Shown here: in pieces, positions 26,913-30,383 of the stretch
Position numbering within the stretch: the first letter of the stretch is position 1
Layout of the letters: every line of letters starts with the position of its first letter
IMG/VR virus record: IMGVR_UViG_3300017784_002919
Location: 1-30,383 of that record
Source: a virus
Taxonomy: Duplodnaviria; Caudoviricetes
Direction: 5' to 3' (one strand)
DNA: 30,383 nucleotides
Position numbers and translations under genes: made by a program
The notes under the pieces: generated by a model
What the model saw: the letters and a program-made list of their open reading frames with translations, nothing else
Told to the model about the DNA's origin: nothing
The model's database searches: none

Positions 26913-29123
26913 ATGTCATACATAAATAAAACAACAGGACCATTAATAAGCACTATACTTACAGATGCTGCAAGAAAAAAAATGTCGCAAGGAAAATTTA
27001 ACATTGCATATTTCCAAGTAGGTGATAGTGAAGTTTGTTATGGTTGTATTAACAATATGGTACCATCACAATTAAATGTGTTGTCACCACAATACAATGC
27101 TCAGAATATAACTCCGGCACCTGAAAAAAATAGACAACATGTTAAATACCCATTATTTTTAGACTCAACTTCAGGTACAACTTATGGTATACCTTATGAT
27201 GCATCTTTTGTTGATAATATTTTTAATTCTGCGGCTCCAAGAGGGTTTTTTACCGGATCAACAGCAAACACGTTTAACTTCAGTGCTTATACTTCGTCTT
27301 CATACACTATTAATCCTAATTTTAATGTTGCAAATAGCGGGTTAAGTTCAGGTACAACATTTGTAATTAGTGGTAATTCAGTCAACCCTTCAGTGTCAGG
27401 AACTGTAACTCCAGGTATGATATTAAATCTATTTACTACAAATTCTATATCACCTGTAAGTGGTAATTCCCCTATGTTTACTTATGTTGTTGTTGGTGTT
27501 ACTGGAAATACGTCAAGTGCGTCTACAGTAACAATACAAGTAGATAGGCAATTACCTAACTTCCAAGCTATGGGTTATTCAGGATATTCAAATATCCTAT
27601 TTTATCCTTCAGGTATGACCGCATTGTATGATTCGGTGACACCACAATTATATTGGGCAACAAACGTATTTAATTATGAGACAAATTGTGACGTTTCTCA
27701 ATCCGATGTTAAAGTATGGAATATGAACATTCCTTGGACGGAATCTCCGGCCGGAGTTTTCTCAAACCAAGTTTTAGATTATAACAATTATAAATCTACC
27801 GGATATACAGGGTCAAAAGAGTATTTTGGGTATGAGTCTAATGATGGTCAAGTTGATACGGGGTCAGTTTATTTTACAAACTCAATGGACCAAAATATAG
27901 TATTGAGACCGATTGACCAAAAATCGATAGCAATAATCCATTACACCAACCAAGCAATTGATAATTTCTATGGTGAAAAATTTGCACAACAGGAATATGA
28001 TTCGACTGAACCTGGAGCGACTGGGCAGGCAAGAAACTTTAAATTAAGTGTTCCTTGGTTAATGTGGCATAAAAATACCAATAAAACTATTGGTGAAAAT
28101 TTTTACACTGACCCAAGTGGTTTCGACTCATTAGATTTATTCCGACCTCATTATATCCAATCTAAAAAGGATGTTAAATTTAATAGTCCTGGTTTAAGGT
28201 ATTATTACTTATGGGACACTCACGTTAATGGTAATGGGTACCCTAGTAGAGTTGGTAAAGTGTTTCCTGATTATAAAATGGTTATATTTGATGATGATGA
28301 AATTATTGCGTCATTGAATTATAAATCAAATCGTTCATGGACCTTACCAGCACCTAAAGTTGGTACAATTATACCAAATGCTTGTTATGGTGTTATGGGT
28401 GAAGATGAGGGGTTGTTAAGTGCAAATACTGAATCCGTTTTTGTAACATATAGATTCAATAATAGTGCATTTACTAATTCGTTACATTGTAATTATTACA
28501 CTAAAGTCACACCAACCCTTTTAGACCCAAACCAACCAACATATAACATATTTTTAAAATTTGGTAGCGAGTTTCCTTTTTTAATTTCAGATATTGCAAC
28601 AATTCCTACAGGATATACTGCAAATGAAATGAAGGTATTAGTTCAAAAAGTCTCAAGTGGAACCACAAGACCTAGTCCTACGTTATGGAAAGAAATTGAC
28701 GTTATGGACCAATTGTCGGCATCAACATTAAATGGTAAATTAACCGTAACAGGATTAACGGGAAATACGATACAAATTACTAAGGATATGTATACTAATG
28801 CTCCGATATATAATTTGAATAGTTACATCACGTTACCTACAGCCGCAAATACTGGTGTCACATTAAATTTTGGTGGAGAATATTATTTCTACGGAGCAAT
28901 ACAAACTGACATACAAGCAACTATATATGTAATGAATTATCTATGTAATTTAGGACAAACTCAATTTTTAAGTTCAACTAATCCTACTTGGAATGCATCC
29001 GCTCCTTATGTGTCAGAAGTGGCTCTTTACAACGATGAAAAAGAACTTATGGTTGTATCTAAGATACAGTCGCCTGAAAAAAGACAAGGTATTCAGCAGT
29101 ATCCTGTTAAATTAGATTTTTAA
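26913..29123 (+). CDS. Baseplate / tail-fibre-attachment-like structural protein (736 aa)
   Basis: N-terminal ILTDAARKKM...IAYFQVGD and C-terminal YVSEVALYNDEKELMVVSK..P.K resemble the two halves of the P2 gpH / tail-collar-fibre N-terminal domain. Confidence 0.6.
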   Translation: MSYINKTTGPLISTILTDAARKKMSQGKFNIAYFQVGDSEVCYGCINNMVPSQLNVLSPQYNAQNITPAPEKNRQHVKYPLFLDSTSGTTYGIPYDASFVDNIFNSAAPRGFFTGSTANTFNFSAYTSSSYTINPNFNVANSGLSSGTTFVISGNSVNPSVSGTVTPGMILNLFTTNSISPVSGNSPMFTYVVVGVTGNTSSASTVTIQVDRQLPNFQAMGYSGYSNILFYPSGMTALYDSVTPQLYWATNVFNYETNCDVSQSDVKVWNMNIPWTESPAGVFSNQVLDYNNYKSTGYTGSKEYFGYESNDGQVDTGSVYFTNSMDQNIVLRPIDQKSIAIIHYTNQAIDNFYGEKFAQQEYDSTEPGATGQARNFKLSVPWLMWHKNTNKTIGENFYTDPSGFDSLDLFRPHYIQSKKDVKFNSPGLRYYYLWDTHVNGNGYPSRVGKVFPDYKMVIFDDDEIIASLNYKSNRSWTLPAPKVGTIIPNACYGVMGEDEGLLSANTESVFVTYRFNNSAFTNSLHCNYYTKVTPTLLDPNQPTYNIFLKFGSEFPFLISDIATIPTGYTANEMKVLVQKVSSGTTRPSPTLWKEIDVMDQLSASTLNGKLTVTGLTGNTIQITKDMYTNAPIYNLNSYITLPTAANTGVTLNFGGEYYFYGAIQTDIQATIYVMNYLCNLGQTQFLSSTNPTWNASAPYVSEVALYNDEKELMVVSKIQSPEKRQGIQQYPVKLDF

Positions 29124-29129
29124 TTAATT

Positions 29130-29735
29130 ATGTCAGAAAAACAAGATTTTAAAAACACACCAAAAGTGTTGGGATTAGACATTTCAACTAAAACAATTGG
29201 ATGGAGTTTGTTTGATATTCAAACAAAAGAATTATTAGAATTAACTCATTTCTCCCCGATAATTAAACCAAAACCTGAAGATAAGGTTGAAGAATTATTA
29301 TTAAAGGTGGTATCATTTGAAGAAAAACTAAGAGGGTATGTTAATTTGGGTATTACAAAGGTTATCATTGAAGAACCACTTTTAAACTCAAATAATGTTT
29401 GGACAGTCGGAATATTATTAAGATATAATTCAATGATAACTAAATCTATTTATGATATTTTGGAAATTATACCGACATACATATCAACATACAACTCAAG
29501 AAAGTATGCTTGGCCGGAATTAGTTCAAAAAAACGATAAGGACAAATATGTTTTATTTGGTGGGTTACCAAGAGATGTTGACAAAAAAGAACTTATTTGG
29601 AAAAGAGTTTCAGCTAAAGAACCTCAGATAAATTGGTTATACACCAAAAATAATACCCTTAAAAAAGAGTGTTTTGATATGTCCGATTCTTATACTTGCG
29701 TTCTTGGTTATATGAAAGAACAAAAAATTTGGTAA
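29130..29735 (+). CDS. RuvC-like Holliday junction resolvase
   Basis: VLGLDISTKTIGWS (first catalytic D), VIIEEP (E) and FDMSDS (DxxD) give the RNase H fold RuvC acidic tetrad. Confidence 0.85.
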   Translation: MSEKQDFKNTPKVLGLDISTKTIGWSLFDIQTKELLELTHFSPIIKPKPEDKVEELLLKVVSFEEKLRGYVNLGITKVIIEEPLLNSNNVWTVGILLRYNSMITKSIYDILEIIPTYISTYNSRKYAWPELVQKNDKDKYVLFGGLPRDVDKKELIWKRVSAKEPQINWLYTKNNTLKKECFDMSDSYTCVLGYMKEQKIW

Positions 29736-29750
29736 TTTTTGTTTTTTTTT
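29719..29750 (+). terminator. Possible weak AT-rich terminator
   Basis: Imperfect stem AACAAAAAATT-TGGT-AATTTTTGTT spanning the stop codon, followed by a T-run. Confidence 0.3.
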
Positions 29751-29761
29751 GATTATTAAAG

Positions 29762-29768
29762 TATTTAT
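29762..29768 (+). promoter_or_regulatory. TATTTAT putative late-promoter motif
   Basis: Intergenic, 34 nt before ATG 29803. Confidence 0.5.
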
Positions 29769-29802
29769 AATAAAAATAATAAATTAATTTAAAACTTATA
29801 AA

Positions 29803-30237
29803 ATGAAAAGAATAGTAAGGTTAACTGAATCTGATTTAACAAGAATTGTTAGACGAGTTATTAGTGAACAAACAACTAAATTAACCCCTGAAAATAGTAT
29901 GGTTGGTAAAACATATGTTTTTGAGAAAAAAACATGTAAAGTAGAAAAAGCATTTAAATTACCTGTTAATCTGGCAGCGGATCCCAAAGGGAATGATATC
30001 GGCGGCTACCTTGTTTACCCATCTCAAGGATGTAGAATAAATACTGGTATTGTTGATGGTGTACCTGGATATATTTACATGCCAGAAACTAATGGAGGTG
30101 CTTCGTTTAGTAGGTTTGAGTGGTCAGGTAACGATTGGTTTACTTTTGATGATGGTACAAAAGCTGAACCTAGATATGCGTTAGGTCGTATTGAATTTGT
30201 AACTACGGAATCTTATAGAAGAAACTATTATAGATAA
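29803..30237 (+). CDS. Hypothetical protein with the leader MKRIVRLTESDLTRIVRRVISEQ
   Basis: 144-aa ORF with an A-rich initiation region and an amphipathic leader containing LTE and ISE. Confidence 0.75.
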   Translation: MKRIVRLTESDLTRIVRRVISEQTTKLTPENSMVGKTYVFEKKTCKVEKAFKLPVNLAADPKGNDIGGYLVYPSQGCRINTGIVDGVPGYIYMPETNGGASFSRFEWSGNDWFTFDDGTKAEPRYALGRIEFVTTESYRRNYYR

Positions 30238-30266
30238 GTAACAAATTAAACTAAAGAAAGATTACT

Positions 30267-30383
30267 ATGAAAAATATACTATTTGAAATATCCCAACAAG
30301 AAAAAAACAGAATATTAGAGATGCATAAAAAAGCAACATCTAATAATTATTTAACGGAGGCTGCGGTAAAAACAGAGTGTTTA
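30267..30383 (+). CDS. Hypothetical protein, N-terminal fragment (not in the ORF track): MKNILFEISQQEKNRILEMHKKATSNNYLTEAAVKTECL...
   Basis: ATG at 30267, open to the window end (39 codons). The leader contains LFE, ILE and LTE. Confidence 0.7.
   Translation, partial: MKNILFEISQQEKNRILEMHKKATSNNYLTEAAVKTECL

Noticed and set aside
29130-29735. RuvC-fold protein as TnpB/Cas12-like
   Set aside because: It is only 201 aa with a contiguous RuvC, no Zn finger, and no adjacent array or transposon ends. It fits a stand-alone resolvase.
40-29987. Other short overlapping or antisense ORFs in the track (e.g. 40-327, 11317-11625, 17809-18183, 29796-29987)
   Set aside because: They lie within or across well-supported + strand genes and show no recognisable motifs.
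1-30383. Stop-codon reassignment
   Set aside because: Code 11 gives near-complete coding density. TAA, TGA (9985, 10886, 20442, 23386) and TAG (21865) all end genes at sensible junctions.

Overview
An AT-rich (roughly low-30s % GC by eye), gene-dense segment with all genes on the + strand, from a large contractile-tailed (myovirus-type) bacteriophage using standard code 11. It starts with the C-terminus of a class II ribonucleotide reductase, a DUF5522-like gene and a terminator. About 29 kb of baseplate and tail-appendage genes follow: gp25/GPW, a gp6/J-like wedge, a 1796-aa protein, several unknown structural proteins, a P2 gpI-like wedge, Cys-rich SprB-repeat and Thr-Pro-repeat adhesin-like proteins, and a protein with a split tail-fibre-attachment motif. 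The window ends with a RuvC-like nuclease and two genes with leader peptides rich in (I/L)xE motifs. The main candidate for an undescribed system is a five-gene glycosyltransferase cassette (GT60/GlcNAc family, DUF3431, two GT-A-like genes, HtrL family) sitting between genes for mucin-like (Thr-Pro)n proteins. A strongly enriched [S/T]-G-x-T tetrapeptide occurs only in a subset of the structural proteins. Together these suggest phage-encoded O-glycosylation of virion appendages. A TATTTAT motif precedes most structural transcription units. Family assignments come from motif recognition, not database searches, and all counts are manual.
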